Assembly: GCA_963760795.1 (NCBI GenBank)
Contig: CAVXEP010000031.1
Location: forward strand, 32,001-96,000
Reading direction: 5' to 3'
Origin: an uncultured delta proteobacterium
GTDB taxonomy: Bacteria; Desulfobacterota; Binatia; UBA9968
Length of the DNA: 64,000 nucleotides
How positions within the stretch are numbered: the first letter of the stretch is position 1; each line of letters starts with the position of its first letter. This document shows positions 10,098-20,299 of the stretch, in pieces. The notes under the pieces were generated by a model. That model ran no database searches. It had not been told where the DNA came from and saw only the letters and a program-made list of their open reading frames with translations. A program made the translations under genes and the position numbers.

Positions 10098-11069
10098 ATG
10101 GCCAATAAAGGAATTCTAATCACCGGCGGTTCCGGTCTGGTGGGCGCCTATGCGGTGCAGATGTTGCTGGAGCGCGGCGAGCGTCCGGTGATCTTCGATG
10201 TCGCCGTCAACGAGCGGCTGCTCGGCGCCGTCGGTGTCGACACCAGCAAGGTGACGATGATCCGCGGCGACATGGCCGACATGCCGGCGCTGATCTCGGC
10301 GCTCCGCGATAACGATTGCGATCAGATCATCCACTTAGCGGCCTTCCTGGGCGAGGAAGTGCAGCGCCGGCCCTATAGCGGCGTGCGGTTGAACTTCATG
10401 GGCACCATCAATGTCTTCGAAGCCGCGCGCTTGGAAAACGTCAAGCGCGTCGTATTCCCCAGTTCCGGCACCGTCTACCTCGGTTCATTAGGCGAAGGGG
10501 TCAAACAAATCGACGAAAATATCCCGATGAATCCGCCGTCAGTCTACGCCGCGACCAAAGCGAGCTGCGAGTTCATGGGCCGGGCGTATGCGAAGCGCTA
10601 CGGCTTCGAATTTATCTGCTTGCGTTATACCGGCGGACTCTACGGTCCGTCGCCGGCGGCGCTCAAAGCGACCCGCGAGATCGCCATCCAGCAAATGATC
10701 CGCGCCGCCGTCAAAGGCGAGGCGGCGAAAATCAATTGGCCCTACGGTCCGGCGGAGATTCTCTACGGCAAGGACGCCGCCAAGGGAACGGTACTGGCGG
10801 TCATGAAGGACAAGTTCAAGGATACGCTCTTTCACATCGGCAATGCCGATATGGTCAGCGGCGAGGATATCGTTCAGGCGATCCGCAAGAAATTCCCCGG
10901 CGCCAATATCGAGATCGTCAAAACTACCAATCCGATGCCCTATCCCGACTCGCGCTTGTCGAGCGACTTCTCCAGGGCCAAGGAGCAGCTGGGCTATGAG
11001 CCGGACTATCCGATCGACAAGGCGGTCGCGGATTACGGCGCGACTTTGAAGAAGCTCGAGAATCTTTAG
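10098..11069 (+). CDS. NAD-dependent epimerase/dehydratase (extended SDR)
   Basis: AGGAGG RBS, TGGSGLVG, HLAA, YAATK. Confidence 0.88.
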   Translation: MANKGILITGGSGLVGAYAVQMLLERGERPVIFDVAVNERLLGAVGVDTSKVTMIRGDMADMPALISALRDNDCDQIIHLAAFLGEEVQRRPYSGVRLNFMGTINVFEAARLENVKRVVFPSSGTVYLGSLGEGVKQIDENIPMNPPSVYAATKASCEFMGRAYAKRYGFEFICLRYTGGLYGPSPAALKATREIAIQQMIRAAVKGEAAKINWPYGPAEILYGKDAAKGTVLAVMKDKFKDTLFHIGNADMVSGEDIVQAIRKKFPGANIEIVKTTNPMPYPDSRLSSDFSRAKEQLGYEPDYPIDKAVADYGATLKKLENL

Positions 11070-11125
11070 TCGATCTGAAGCCCAGGTTCCCACCAGCGTC
11101 TAAGAAACGGAGTACGAATAACATC

Positions 11126-12208
11126 ATGCATCTGAGAAACGGACTGTTTCTGTTGCTGGCTGGGGTGGCTCTGATCGCGCCAAAGGTCTTCGCCGCTCAA
11201 CCGGCGCCAGCGAAGGCGGCCTTCGACGAAAAAGCGCTGGCTGACTTCTACCGCGGCAAGACTGTGCGCATCGTTGTCGGATTCTCCGCCGGCGGCGGTT
11301 ACGACCAATACTCCCGGCTCATCGCTCGCCACTTGTCGCGTCATATTCCAGGGAACCCGAATGTCTTGGTCGACAACATGGCCGGCGCCGGCAGCATGAT
11401 CGCGGCCAATCATATGTATAACGCCGCGCCCAAGGACGGCACGGTCATCGGCAATCTTTCCGGTCCCATCGTCTTAGAGCAGCTCTTCGGCAATCCGGCG
11501 GTGCAGTACGATATGGGCAAGTTCCGCTATCTTGCCGTGCCGGTAAGCGAGAGCTATCTGATGATCGCCCATAAGCGCACCGGCATTACCAAGTTTGACG
11601 ACGTCAGAGGCGAGAAGGGCAAACAGCTGACCGTGGGGGCGATCCCCGGCTCGACGGTCGAGCACGCTCCCATCATGGTCAGAGAAGTGCTCAACACCAA
11701 TCTCAAAGTCGTTTCCGGCTACAAAGGCACCGCCGACGTGCGCTTGGCCTTGGACAGCGGCGAGGTCGACGGGTTTTTCAACACTTGGACATCGTCGAAA
11801 GTGACCTCCATGGACAAAGTGAAGAGCGGCGAGTGGGTGGTCTTGGCGCAGCTTACGGAAACCCCGATGAAGGATTTGATCGTCCCCAATGTGCCGACGA
11901 TCCAGAAGATCACCCGCTCCGAGGAGCAGCGGTTGCTGCTCAAGTACGGCACCAGCACGCCCAACGACTTCGGCAAAGTTTATGTGATACCGGCCGGGGT
12001 GCCGGCGGACCGCGCCGCAGCTCTCGAAAGTGCCTTCGCCAAAGTGTTCAAAGACAAGGAACTGCTCGCCGACGCCGACAAAGGCCGCTTGGAGATCGAT
12101 CCGCTGATCGGCAGTACGATCACTAAACTGGTCACCGAGTTTCTCGCCATGCCCAGCGACCTGAAGAACAAGTTACAGACAGTTTTGAAGACTCCCGTTA
12201 AAAAATAA
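11126..12208 (+). CDS. tripartite tricarboxylate transporter substrate-binding protein (TctC/Bug-like)
   Basis: GFSAGGGYD..R, NMAGAGS, PKDG, GYKG...GEVD motifs; no TctAB genes nearby. Confidence 0.85.
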   Translation: MHLRNGLFLLLAGVALIAPKVFAAQPAPAKAAFDEKALADFYRGKTVRIVVGFSAGGGYDQYSRLIARHLSRHIPGNPNVLVDNMAGAGSMIAANHMYNAAPKDGTVIGNLSGPIVLEQLFGNPAVQYDMGKFRYLAVPVSESYLMIAHKRTGITKFDDVRGEKGKQLTVGAIPGSTVEHAPIMVREVLNTNLKVVSGYKGTADVRLALDSGEVDGFFNTWTSSKVTSMDKVKSGEWVVLAQLTETPMKDLIVPNVPTIQKITRSEEQRLLLKYGTSTPNDFGKVYVIPAGVPADRAAALESAFAKVFKDKELLADADKGRLEIDPLIGSTITKLVTEFLAMPSDLKNKLQTVLKTPVKK

Positions 12209-12254
12209 GATCGAGTGATTTTGGTAATTAGGATACCCAAACAGGAGGTTCCAA

Positions 12255-13268
12255 ATGTTGAGAAAAATTTCCCGGTTGTTGGCAATGTTAGTCATCCTGG
12301 TGAATTTCAGCTCGTCAATAGTGGCCGCACAGACCGAAACCATCGAAGAACTGTACAAAAAGGCGTTGAAAGAAGCGGGCGCACTTAACTGTTACTGTTC
12401 TCTCGCACAGATCAACGCCGAGAAGATTTACCCCGTATTCGAGAAGCGCTTTCCAGGCATCAAAATCAATCATGTCGATGCCACCTCCGACAAGCTGTCG
12501 GCTCGCGCGATCACGGAAGCGCGCGGCGGCAAAACATTGGCGGACGTGATTGAGTTCGGTTTGGAAGATATCAACAAAATTCATGAACAGGGGCTCTTGT
12601 TGGATCGGGCTCCGCCCGAAGCGGCGGCGTATCCGGCTACTTTGAAAGGAACATACTGGACCGCCAATAATTTGATTTTCTTCGTCGGCGCCTGGAATAC
12701 GGATAAGGTGAAGAAAGAAGAAGAGCCGAAGTTTCTGGACGATTTCGGCGATCCGCGCTGGAAAGGACGCTTGATCGCGGAACCGAGGGATTACGAAATC
12801 CTGATCGCATTGACGCACAAGCACAAGAGCATCGAAAAGGCGCGCGAAGTGCTCGCCAGGATTGCCGCCAACAACGTGGAATTTCATAAAGGCCATTCGC
12901 AGCTCGCGGAATTTCTCGTTGCCGGCCAAGCGGCGGCATGTTTCACCTGCTATTCGCATCATTATCCCGAACGCAAAAGAAAGGGCGCGCCGGTCGATTA
13001 CATGCTCAGCGAAGGTGCCGCCGGCATTATCGCCGTCGCCGTGATGAAAAACGCGCCGCATCCTAACACGGCGTGGCTGTTTAACCGTTGGGCAGCGTCG
13101 GAAGAGGGACAAAAGGTTTATTCGGAGGGAGGTCGCACTCCTGCTCATCCAAAGGTTGAGCCCACAGAAAAGATTCGGCCCAAGGTGATTTACCCCGTTG
13201 GTGTAGAGGATCTAAAACAATACTCCAAATACGAAAAAATTTGGAAAGAAGTGTTCAAATTACGCTAA
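12255..13268 (+). CDS. extracellular solute-binding protein, Fe3+/thiamine ABC type (copy 1)
   Basis: Signal peptide, WNT, DPRWKG, APHPN motifs. Confidence 0.88.
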   Translation: MLRKISRLLAMLVILVNFSSSIVAAQTETIEELYKKALKEAGALNCYCSLAQINAEKIYPVFEKRFPGIKINHVDATSDKLSARAITEARGGKTLADVIEFGLEDINKIHEQGLLLDRAPPEAAAYPATLKGTYWTANNLIFFVGAWNTDKVKKEEEPKFLDDFGDPRWKGRLIAEPRDYEILIALTHKHKSIEKAREVLARIAANNVEFHKGHSQLAEFLVAGQAAACFTCYSHHYPERKRKGAPVDYMLSEGAAGIIAVAVMKNAPHPNTAWLFNRWAASEEGQKVYSEGGRTPAHPKVEPTEKIRPKVIYPVGVEDLKQYSKYEKIWKEVFKLR

Positions 13269-13299
13269 TCCCAATGCCCGAAAATCCAATGGAGGTCCT

Positions 13300-14298
13300 A
13301 TGAAATTGTTTGGAATAACAGTACTGGCCTGGATATGTATGCTGGTTTCCAGCGCCGGCGCTCAGTCACTTGACGAGTTACACAAGTTGGCGCTCAAGGA
13401 GGGCGGCGTGGTGAATTTTTACGCCACCTTAGCGCAGCTCAATGCCGAGAAAATCTTGCCGGTGTTCGAGAAACGCTTTCCCGGCATCAAGGTGAACCAT
13501 GTCGACGCGACCGCTGACAAGCTGGCGGCGCGGGCGATCACCGAAGCGCGCGGCGGCCGGGTGTTTTCCGATGTTTTTCAAATGGCGCTTGAAAACGTCC
13601 TCCAGGTGATCGATCAGAAGCTGACGCTTGAGTGGCTCCCGCCTGAAGCCGCGGCTTATCCGGCCAATTTCAAGGGAACGAATTGGTTGGCCGCGGATAT
13701 GGTGATCATTACCGCCTCGTGGAATACCAGTTTGGTGAAGAAAGAGGACGAGCCCAAGCAGTTCGATGACTTCGCCGATGCCAAATGGAAGGGTAAGCTG
13801 ATTGCCGAAGCAAGGGACGTCGAATTGTTGATCGGGTTAGCTCGCCACAAATATAAGAACGACGAAAAAGCCGTTGATTTTATCCGTCGGCTGGCGGCCA
13901 ATAATATCGAATTTCACAAAGGTCATTCGGAGCTCGCTGAATTCCTCGTGGCCGGCCAAGCTGCCGCCTGCGTGACCTGCTACGCGCACCACTATCCACC
14001 GCGTATCAAAAAGGGCGCGCCGCTGGGTTATATGCTCACCGAAGGCATCGCCACGATCACCGCCAACGCCTTGGCTAAGGACGCTCCGCATCCCAACGCG
14101 GCACGGCTTTTTTACCGCTGGTCCGCCAGCGAGGAAGGGCAGAAAGCCTACGCGGCGGGAGGCCGTCTGCCGCCGCATCCGAAAGTGGAACCGGTGGAGA
14201 AGATTCGCCCGGCAGTTCTCTATCCGATCGGCACGGAAGAAATAAAGGAATGGCGCCGCTACGAAAAAGTCTGGAAGGAAGTGTTCAAAATACGCTAG
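13300..14298 (+). CDS. extracellular solute-binding protein, Fe3+/thiamine ABC type (copy 2)
   Basis: Colinear paralogue of copy 1, GGAGG RBS. Confidence 0.88.
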   Translation: MKLFGITVLAWICMLVSSAGAQSLDELHKLALKEGGVVNFYATLAQLNAEKILPVFEKRFPGIKVNHVDATADKLAARAITEARGGRVFSDVFQMALENVLQVIDQKLTLEWLPPEAAAYPANFKGTNWLAADMVIITASWNTSLVKKEDEPKQFDDFADAKWKGKLIAEARDVELLIGLARHKYKNDEKAVDFIRRLAANNIEFHKGHSELAEFLVAGQAAACVTCYAHHYPPRIKKGAPLGYMLTEGIATITANALAKDAPHPNAARLFYRWSASEEGQKAYAAGGRLPPHPKVEPVEKIRPAVLYPIGTEEIKEWRRYEKVWKEVFKIR

Positions 14299-14501
14299 AG
14301 CTTCGGTCCACTATCGCGTCGTAAATTGATTGCGCTTGCGAATCTACCTGCGGACGACCAACCCGGGTCGGCCTGCAGAGGTTTTGCCACATCGACAACA
14401 GCGTATGGGGATTGTTGACTCAAGAAAAGATTGTAGTATTAGGTTATCCCTGCGCTTAAAAAGCGCAGAATCACTTAATATTGACGTTAGAGGTAGTTTC
14501 A

Positions 14502-15524
14502 ATGGGTTTTATTCAAAATATTCGACAAGTCTACAAAGTTAGCGCGCTTGCTCTTATCGTGGCCCTGAATCCTGGTTTTGTGCTGGCTCAGAGTCTCGAT
14601 GACCTGCACAAATTGGCCGTCAAGGAAGGCGGGACGCTCAATTTCTATGCGACCTTGGCCCAGATCAATGCCGAAAAAATTATTCCGGTGTTCGAAAAAC
14701 GATTTCCTGGAATCAAGGTCAACCACGTCGATGCGACCTCGGATAAACTGGTTGCTCGTGCGGTCACCGAAGCGCGTGGCGGTAAGACTTTGGGCGATGT
14801 TTTGCAGGTGCCGCTGGAGAATGTGAGTCAGGCTCACGATCAAAAATTGCTGTTGGAAGTCACCCTTCCTGAATCGGCTGAATATCCGCAAGGAATGAAG
14901 GGAAGTTTTTGGTTGGCCTCGGATCTTCAATTTATCATTGCGGCCTGGAACACCGGCCTGGTGAAGAAAGAAGAAGAGCCCAAGCAGTATGAGGACTTTG
15001 CCGATCCCCGCTGGAAAAACCGCTTGATCGCGGAACCGCGCGATCTCGAAATGCTGATGGGCTTTGCAAAATACAAATATAAGAGTGACGAGAAGGCGAT
15101 CGACTTGTGGCGCAAGATCGCCGCCAACAACGTCGAATTTCATGCCGGTCATTCTCAGCTCGCTGAGTTGCTGGTCGCCGGTCAGGCGGCGGTTTGTTTG
15201 ACCTGTTACTCCCATCACTATCCCAGCCGGATCAAGAAGGGCGCGCCCGTCAACTACATGCTGAGCGAGGGCGTGGCTTCGATCAATGGCACCGCCGTTT
15301 TCAAGAACGCTCCCCATCCGAATACCGCGCTGTTGTATGCTCGCTGGGTGGCCAGCCAGGAGGGGCAAAAAGCGATGGCGCAAGGCGGGCGCACGCCAGC
15401 TCATCCCAAGGTCGAGCCGGTGGATAAGACTCGAACCGAGAAGATTTATCCCATCAGCGTTGCAGACATTAAAGAGTTCCCGCGATACGAGAAGATCTGG
15501 AAGGAGATTTTCAAACTGAGATAG
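14502..15524 (+). CDS. extracellular solute-binding protein, Fe3+/thiamine ABC type (copy 3)
   Basis: Colinear paralogue; GAGG RBS before ATG 14502. Confidence 0.88.
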   Translation: MGFIQNIRQVYKVSALALIVALNPGFVLAQSLDDLHKLAVKEGGTLNFYATLAQINAEKIIPVFEKRFPGIKVNHVDATSDKLVARAVTEARGGKTLGDVLQVPLENVSQAHDQKLLLEVTLPESAEYPQGMKGSFWLASDLQFIIAAWNTGLVKKEEEPKQYEDFADPRWKNRLIAEPRDLEMLMGFAKYKYKSDEKAIDLWRKIAANNVEFHAGHSQLAELLVAGQAAVCLTCYSHHYPSRIKKGAPVNYMLSEGVASINGTAVFKNAPHPNTALLYARWVASQEGQKAMAQGGRTPAHPKVEPVDKTRTEKIYPISVADIKEFPRYEKIWKEIFKLR

Positions 15525-15564
15525 CTCGGCGATATCTCACTGCGCCACTTTTCGAGGCTCATTT

Positions 15565-17289
15565 ATGGCGACTGCTGCAATTCCACGTACCGGAAAAATG
15601 AGTATGAGTTTGGATCCGGCGCTGCTGATCCCGGTGGTCGGCGCCGGCGTCCTGGTTTATCTAGCGGTTCTGCCGCTGCTGATGCTGTTTGTCGGCAGCT
15701 TCCAGGCGGAAGTGGCGCCGCGGGAGTTCGTCTACACGCTCAAGAACTACCATGCCGCCTACGCCAGCGAACACACCTACTCGACTTTTCTCAATTCATT
15801 GATCTTTGCCTCGGGTTCCGCCGGGCTCAGTTTCATGCTCGGCACCATGCTCGCCTGGCTCACCGAGCGGACCAATACGCCATTGCGAAATATTTTCGTG
15901 CCTATCGCCGTGGTGCCGTTGATTCTTCCCGGCGTTTTGGAATCGATCGCGTGGATTTTTCTGTTGAGTCCAAAGTTCGGTTACATGAACGTCTGGCTGA
16001 TGAATTTGTTCGGCCTGCAATCGGCGCCGTTCAACGTCTTTTCCTTGCCGGGCATGATCTGGGTCCATTCGGTGGGGCAGGTGCCATTGGCCTTCTTATT
16101 AATGGTCGCCGCGTTCAAATCAATGGACCCCTCCTTGGAAGAATCGGCGATGATGTCCGGCGCCAACACCTGGCAGACGTTTAGGCGGGTCACGTTAAGG
16201 CTGCTGATGCCGACAGCGGGCTCGGTGATGCTTATCCTGTTCGTGCGCACCCTGGAATCCTTCGAGACCCCGGCGTTGATCGGCATTCCGGCGCGCATCT
16301 ATGTTTATACCAGCGAGATTTACCTGGCGTTCAACGAGTATCCACCGGATTATGGGCGCGGCGGCGCGCTGGCAGTGGGCTTGCTGCTGCTAAGCGCGAT
16401 CGGCGTGTGGTTGTACACGCGCGCGACCAAAGAAGGAAAGAAATTCCAGACCGTCACCGGCAAAGCGTTTCGGCCGCGGCAGTTCGATCTCGGGGCCTGG
16501 CGCTGGGCCGGTTTCGCATTTCTTACAGGCTACTTTTTATTCGTCGTGCTGCTGCCGTTTTTAGTCTTGTTCTGGGCCTCCTTCCTGCCGTTCTTCGCGG
16601 CACCGAGTTGGGATGCCGTCAGCAAGCTCAGTCTCGACAACTATCGTTATCTCGGCGGTTTTCGACCCTTTTGGGATGCGATGCAAAACAGCATCATCCT
16701 CTCGACGTTGACCGCGACGGTGGCGATGGTGCTGACTTCGCTGGTCGCGTGGATCGTTTACAAGAGCCGGTTGCCGGGCTCGTGGATCCTCGATTTTCTC
16801 GCCTTCGTGCCGATTACGATCCCCGGTATCGTCATGGGCATGGCATTGATCCTGCTCTATGTCGCTTTTCCTATTCCGATTTACGGCACGATCTGGGTTT
16901 TGCTGATCGCCTATGTCACCCGCTTTATTCCGTACGGCATGCGCGCGGCCTCGGGGTCGATTTTGCAAATTCACAGCGAATTGGAGGAGGCCGCGGCGGC
17001 CTCCGGCGCTTCCTGGTGGGAATCGTTCAAACGGGTTACGTTGCCGCTCTTGCGGCCCGGCTTGGCGGCGGGTTGGATTTACATCTGCATCGTGTCGTTT
17101 CGGGAATTTTCCACGTCAGTGTTGCTCGCCACCGGCGAAAGCCGGGTGCTGTCAATTCTGCTCTTCACCATGTTCGAGCAAGGACAGGTCACCGTGGTCG
17201 CGGCCATCGGGGTTTTGATGATCGTTACCTTGCTTTCGATCGTGGGGATCTTCTACAAGCTCACCGGCAAAGTAGGCATCCAAACATAA
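15565..17289 (+). CDS. FbpB-like ABC permease with two fused transmembrane domains
   Basis: Two EAA loops (LEESAMMSGA, LEEAAAASGA), many hydrophobic segments. Confidence 0.92.
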   Translation: MATAAIPRTGKMSMSLDPALLIPVVGAGVLVYLAVLPLLMLFVGSFQAEVAPREFVYTLKNYHAAYASEHTYSTFLNSLIFASGSAGLSFMLGTMLAWLTERTNTPLRNIFVPIAVVPLILPGVLESIAWIFLLSPKFGYMNVWLMNLFGLQSAPFNVFSLPGMIWVHSVGQVPLAFLLMVAAFKSMDPSLEESAMMSGANTWQTFRRVTLRLLMPTAGSVMLILFVRTLESFETPALIGIPARIYVYTSEIYLAFNEYPPDYGRGGALAVGLLLLSAIGVWLYTRATKEGKKFQTVTGKAFRPRQFDLGAWRWAGFAFLTGYFLFVVLLPFLVLFWASFLPFFAAPSWDAVSKLSLDNYRYLGGFRPFWDAMQNSIILSTLTATVAMVLTSLVAWIVYKSRLPGSWILDFLAFVPITIPGIVMGMALILLYVAFPIPIYGTIWVLLIAYVTRFIPYGMRAASGSILQIHSELEEAAAASGASWWESFKRVTLPLLRPGLAAGWIYICIVSFREFSTSVLLATGESRVLSILLFTMFEQGQVTVVAAIGVLMIVTLLSIVGIFYKLTGKVGIQT

Positions 17290-17296
17290 GAGAAGG

Positions 17297-17378
17297 GTTC
17301 AAGTCGTTCAAACAGTTCAAGCCGTTTGAATGGAGCGCAGCGTTTTTGAATCGGAGCGAAGCGGTTGAACGGTTGAAC
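17297..17378. repeat. 9-bp-period GTTCAAnnn intergenic repeat with inverted TTGAAC arm
   Basis: gttcaagtc gttcaaaca gttcaagcc ... ggttgaacggttgaac; related copy at 21296-21334. Confidence 0.75.
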
Positions 17379-17389
17379 CAAGAGAAAAT

Positions 17390-18493
17390 ATGATCGAAAT
17401 AAAGTCTCTGGTTAAAATCTACGAAGACGGCGAGCACGCGGGTGTCAAGGCCGTCAACGACATATCGTTCACGGTCGAAGAAGGGCGTTTTTATACTTTG
17501 CTCGGACCCTCGGGCTGCGGCAAGACCACCACCTTGCGCTGCATCGCCGGTTTGGAAAAGGCCAATGGCGGCGAGATCCTGGTCGCCGGCAAAAAGGTTT
17601 TTTCGGCCACCGACGGCACGTTCGTGCCCGCCTACCGTCGCCCCATCGGTATGGTTTTTCAGAGCTACGCCATCTGGCCGCATATGACGGTATTCGAAAA
17701 CGTCGCGTTTCCTCTGCGCGTGGGAAAACAGAAAGTCAGTAACGCTGACGTGCAAAAGAAGGTTCGCACCGCTCTGGAGCAGGTGGAATTGGACGGCTAC
17801 GGAGATCGCATGGCCACGCAGCTCTCCGGCGGGCAGCAGCAGCGCCTCGCGCTGGCCCGCGCCTTGGTGCGCGAGCCGCTGGTGCTGCTCTTGGACGAGC
17901 CGCTCAGTAATCTCGATGCCAAACTGCGCGAGCGCATGCGCTTTGAGCTGCGCGAGTTGCAGCGCCGCCTGCGCATCACGACCCTCTACGTAACCCATGA
18001 CCAGATCGAAGCCTTGTCGATGTCCAATGTCATCGCGGTGATGAACTCCGGCGTCATCGTCCAGGAGGGCGGGCCGCGGGATATCTATCTGCAACCAAAA
18101 ACCAAATTCGTCGCCAACTTTATCGGTTCGACCAATCAGATGACCGGCCAGGTGACCAGACTGGAAGGAAACGGCACGGCGACGGTTCGCACCGACGACG
18201 GCGAGATCTCTTGCGGCATCCTCGATGGCTTGGCTGCGGGCAGCAAGGTGGTTGTCGTGGTGCGGCCTGAGAGCATTAACCTGCACCTGCAGCAGCCAAC
18301 CAACGGTTCGAACATTATCGCGGGTAAAATCGGCGCTGCCATGTTTTTGGGTGAATACGTCGACTGCACCATCGAGCTCGGCAAGAATGTTTTGCAAACT
18401 CATCAGCGCTACACCTTGCAAGTCCGCCGCGGCGATCCGGTCTGGGTCGAGTTGCCGGCGGGTGAGTGCATGGCGCTGCCCACCGATCGGTGA
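17390..18493 (+). CDS. ABC transporter ATP-binding protein, FbpC/PotA type with TOBE domain
   Basis: GPSGCGKT, LSGGQQQR, LLLDEP. Confidence 0.95.
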   Translation: MIEIKSLVKIYEDGEHAGVKAVNDISFTVEEGRFYTLLGPSGCGKTTTLRCIAGLEKANGGEILVAGKKVFSATDGTFVPAYRRPIGMVFQSYAIWPHMTVFENVAFPLRVGKQKVSNADVQKKVRTALEQVELDGYGDRMATQLSGGQQQRLALARALVREPLVLLLDEPLSNLDAKLRERMRFELRELQRRLRITTLYVTHDQIEALSMSNVIAVMNSGVIVQEGGPRDIYLQPKTKFVANFIGSTNQMTGQVTRLEGNGTATVRTDDGEISCGILDGLAAGSKVVVVVRPESINLHLQQPTNGSNIIAGKIGAAMFLGEYVDCTIELGKNVLQTHQRYTLQVRRGDPVWVELPAGECMALPTDR

Positions 18494-18609
18494 GCGTGAC
18501 TGGCAAACTTTCGAGATCTTTTGCCCTCTCTTGTACCGTTGCCCCTAAGCGTTAAATCCACTAGAAATATTCTTCGAGTCAAAGGACGACTCAGGAAGGT
18601 TGCCTATCG

Positions 18610-19602
18610 ATGCTTGCGAAATCGTTAACCGTCATCGCGCTCACGGCGTCAGTTTTTGCTGGAACAACCGCAATCCTGCCGGCGCAGGAAAAGCTCAAGG
18701 TCGTTTATAGCTCGGCGGATGCCACCAACTTCGTCTGGTACGCCGCCCAGGATGGCGGCTTCTACAGAAAACATGGACTGGAAGTCGAGCTGATCTTCGT
18801 GCCCAGTTCGACCACAGCGGTGTCGAGCATGATCGCCGGCGACATCCAGATCGGTAACAACTCCGGCGGCACCGTGGCCAGCGCGGTGGTCAGCGGCGCC
18901 AACCTGGTGCTCACCGGTTGCTATATCAACACGCTGCCCTATGAGCTGGTGGTGCATGAGTCGATCAAAACCGCCGACGATCTGCGCGGCAAAAGCGTCG
19001 GCATCAGCCGCGTCGGCAGCGCGTCGGACTCGGCGGCGCGGGTTTTGGTCAAAGGACTTGGATTGGAACCGGTAAAGGACGTGCCGATCTTGCAAGTCGG
19101 CGGCACCGCCGAGCGCGCGGCGGCGTTTCGCGGCGGACGGATCGTCGGTTTTCCGTCGCCTCCTGGCGTAATACACCTGGCTCAGGGCATGCCCCATCGT
19201 ATCCTCATCAGCACGGCGGATTTTCAGAAGCGCTACGAGTTTCCGTTCATCTGCTCATCGACAACCAAGACTTTTCTCAGCGCTAGGCGCGACACCGTGC
19301 GCCGGGTCACTATGGCGCTCATCGAAGCGACCCATTTTTTGAAAACGCGCAAAGAGGAGAGCAAAAGATTCATCGGCAAGTTTGCCCGCCAGAACAATCC
19401 GAGATATTTGGAAGATTCCTATAATGCCATGGCCAAGCTGCACGACCGCGTGCCCTTGGTCGGACGGGCCGGCGCCGAAGAGCAGCTTAAAGAGTCCCTC
19501 AGCCGCAAACCCGGCGCGACGATGAAATTTGAAGATTGGGTCGACGACAGCATTGTCCGCGACCTCGACAAGAGCGGCTTCATCGACAAGGTCTACAAGT
19601 GA
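18610..19602 (+). CDS. ABC transporter substrate-binding protein, NitT/TauT type
   Basis: Signal peptide, LRGKSVGISRVGSASD, SGFIDKVY. Confidence 0.88.
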   Translation: MLAKSLTVIALTASVFAGTTAILPAQEKLKVVYSSADATNFVWYAAQDGGFYRKHGLEVELIFVPSSTTAVSSMIAGDIQIGNNSGGTVASAVVSGANLVLTGCYINTLPYELVVHESIKTADDLRGKSVGISRVGSASDSAARVLVKGLGLEPVKDVPILQVGGTAERAAAFRGGRIVGFPSPPGVIHLAQGMPHRILISTADFQKRYEFPFICSSTTKTFLSARRDTVRRVTMALIEATHFLKTRKEESKRFIGKFARQNNPRYLEDSYNAMAKLHDRVPLVGRAGAEEQLKESLSRKPGATMKFEDWVDDSIVRDLDKSGFIDKVYK

Positions 19603-19616
19603 TTCGCGAGAAATTG

Positions 19617-19688
19617 AGGTCAGATGCCAGAAGTCAGAAATCAGATCATCAGACGGACCTCGACTTGGTCCTCTGACCTCTGATTTCT
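19617..19688. repeat. heptamer (AGGTCAG/AAGTCAG-like) tandem repeat with inverted arm
   Basis: gaggtcagatgccagaagtcagaaatcaga ... tctgacctctgatttct. Confidence 0.65.
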
Positions 19689-19708
19689 CGACCATCTGGT
19701 GAATCAAC

Positions 19709-20299
19709 ATGATCGTCGCTGTAGTCCTTTCCGCCGGCGAATCGAGCCGCATGGGCCGCGCCAAAGCGTTGTTGCCGATCGACGGGCAGACATTTATCGA
19801 GCGGATCGTCGGCGCGCTCAAGCAGGGCGGCATTGAGCGCATCGTCGTGGTTCTGGGTTTTGAGGCCGAAGAGCTGGGGCGGCAAATCGCCCATCTGCCG
19901 GTGGAGATACTCGTCAATCCCGACTATCGACTTGGACAGCTATCATCGCTTCAGGTTGCCCTGCGCCATTTAGAATCGGACAAGAGTTGCGCCGGTATGA
20001 TGGTTCATTTGGTCGATCATCCTTACATCGATCCTAAGCTCGTGCGCCTCATGCTCCAGCGCTTTGACGAGTCGACGCACTCGATCGTTGTCCCGCGCCA
20101 CCACGGCAAACGCGGCCACCCGGTGATTTTCTCGCGCAAGTTGTTCGATGAATTGCTGAGGGCGCCCATGGACCAGGGCGCCAAGGCGGTGGTCAATGCC
20201 CACCGCGACGACACCTTGGAGATTGACACGGAGGATGCCGGCATCACCCTCGATATCGATACGCCGGAGCTTTACCGGCAACATGTGAAAGGTGAGTAA
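19709..20299 (+). CDS. mocA: MocA-like nucleotidyltransferase (probable molybdenum cofactor cytidylyltransferase)
   Basis: LSAGESSRMG..K, DHP, GHPVIF, DIDTPE; MCD-dependent Mo-hydroxylase genes are present in the window. Confidence 0.7.
   Translation: MIVAVVLSAGESSRMGRAKALLPIDGQTFIERIVGALKQGGIERIVVVLGFEAEELGRQIAHLPVEILVNPDYRLGQLSSLQVALRHLESDKSCAGMMVHLVDHPYIDPKLVRLMLQRFDESTHSIVVPRHHGKRGHPVIFSRKLFDELLRAPMDQGAKAVVNAHRDDTLEIDTEDAGITLDIDTPELYRQHVKGE

Noticed and set aside
12315-18421. Long alternative ORFs (12315..13148, 14499..15404, 16407..17393, 17261..18421)
   Set aside because: They overlap well-supported transporter genes and have no motifs; typical shadow ORFs of GC-rich DNA
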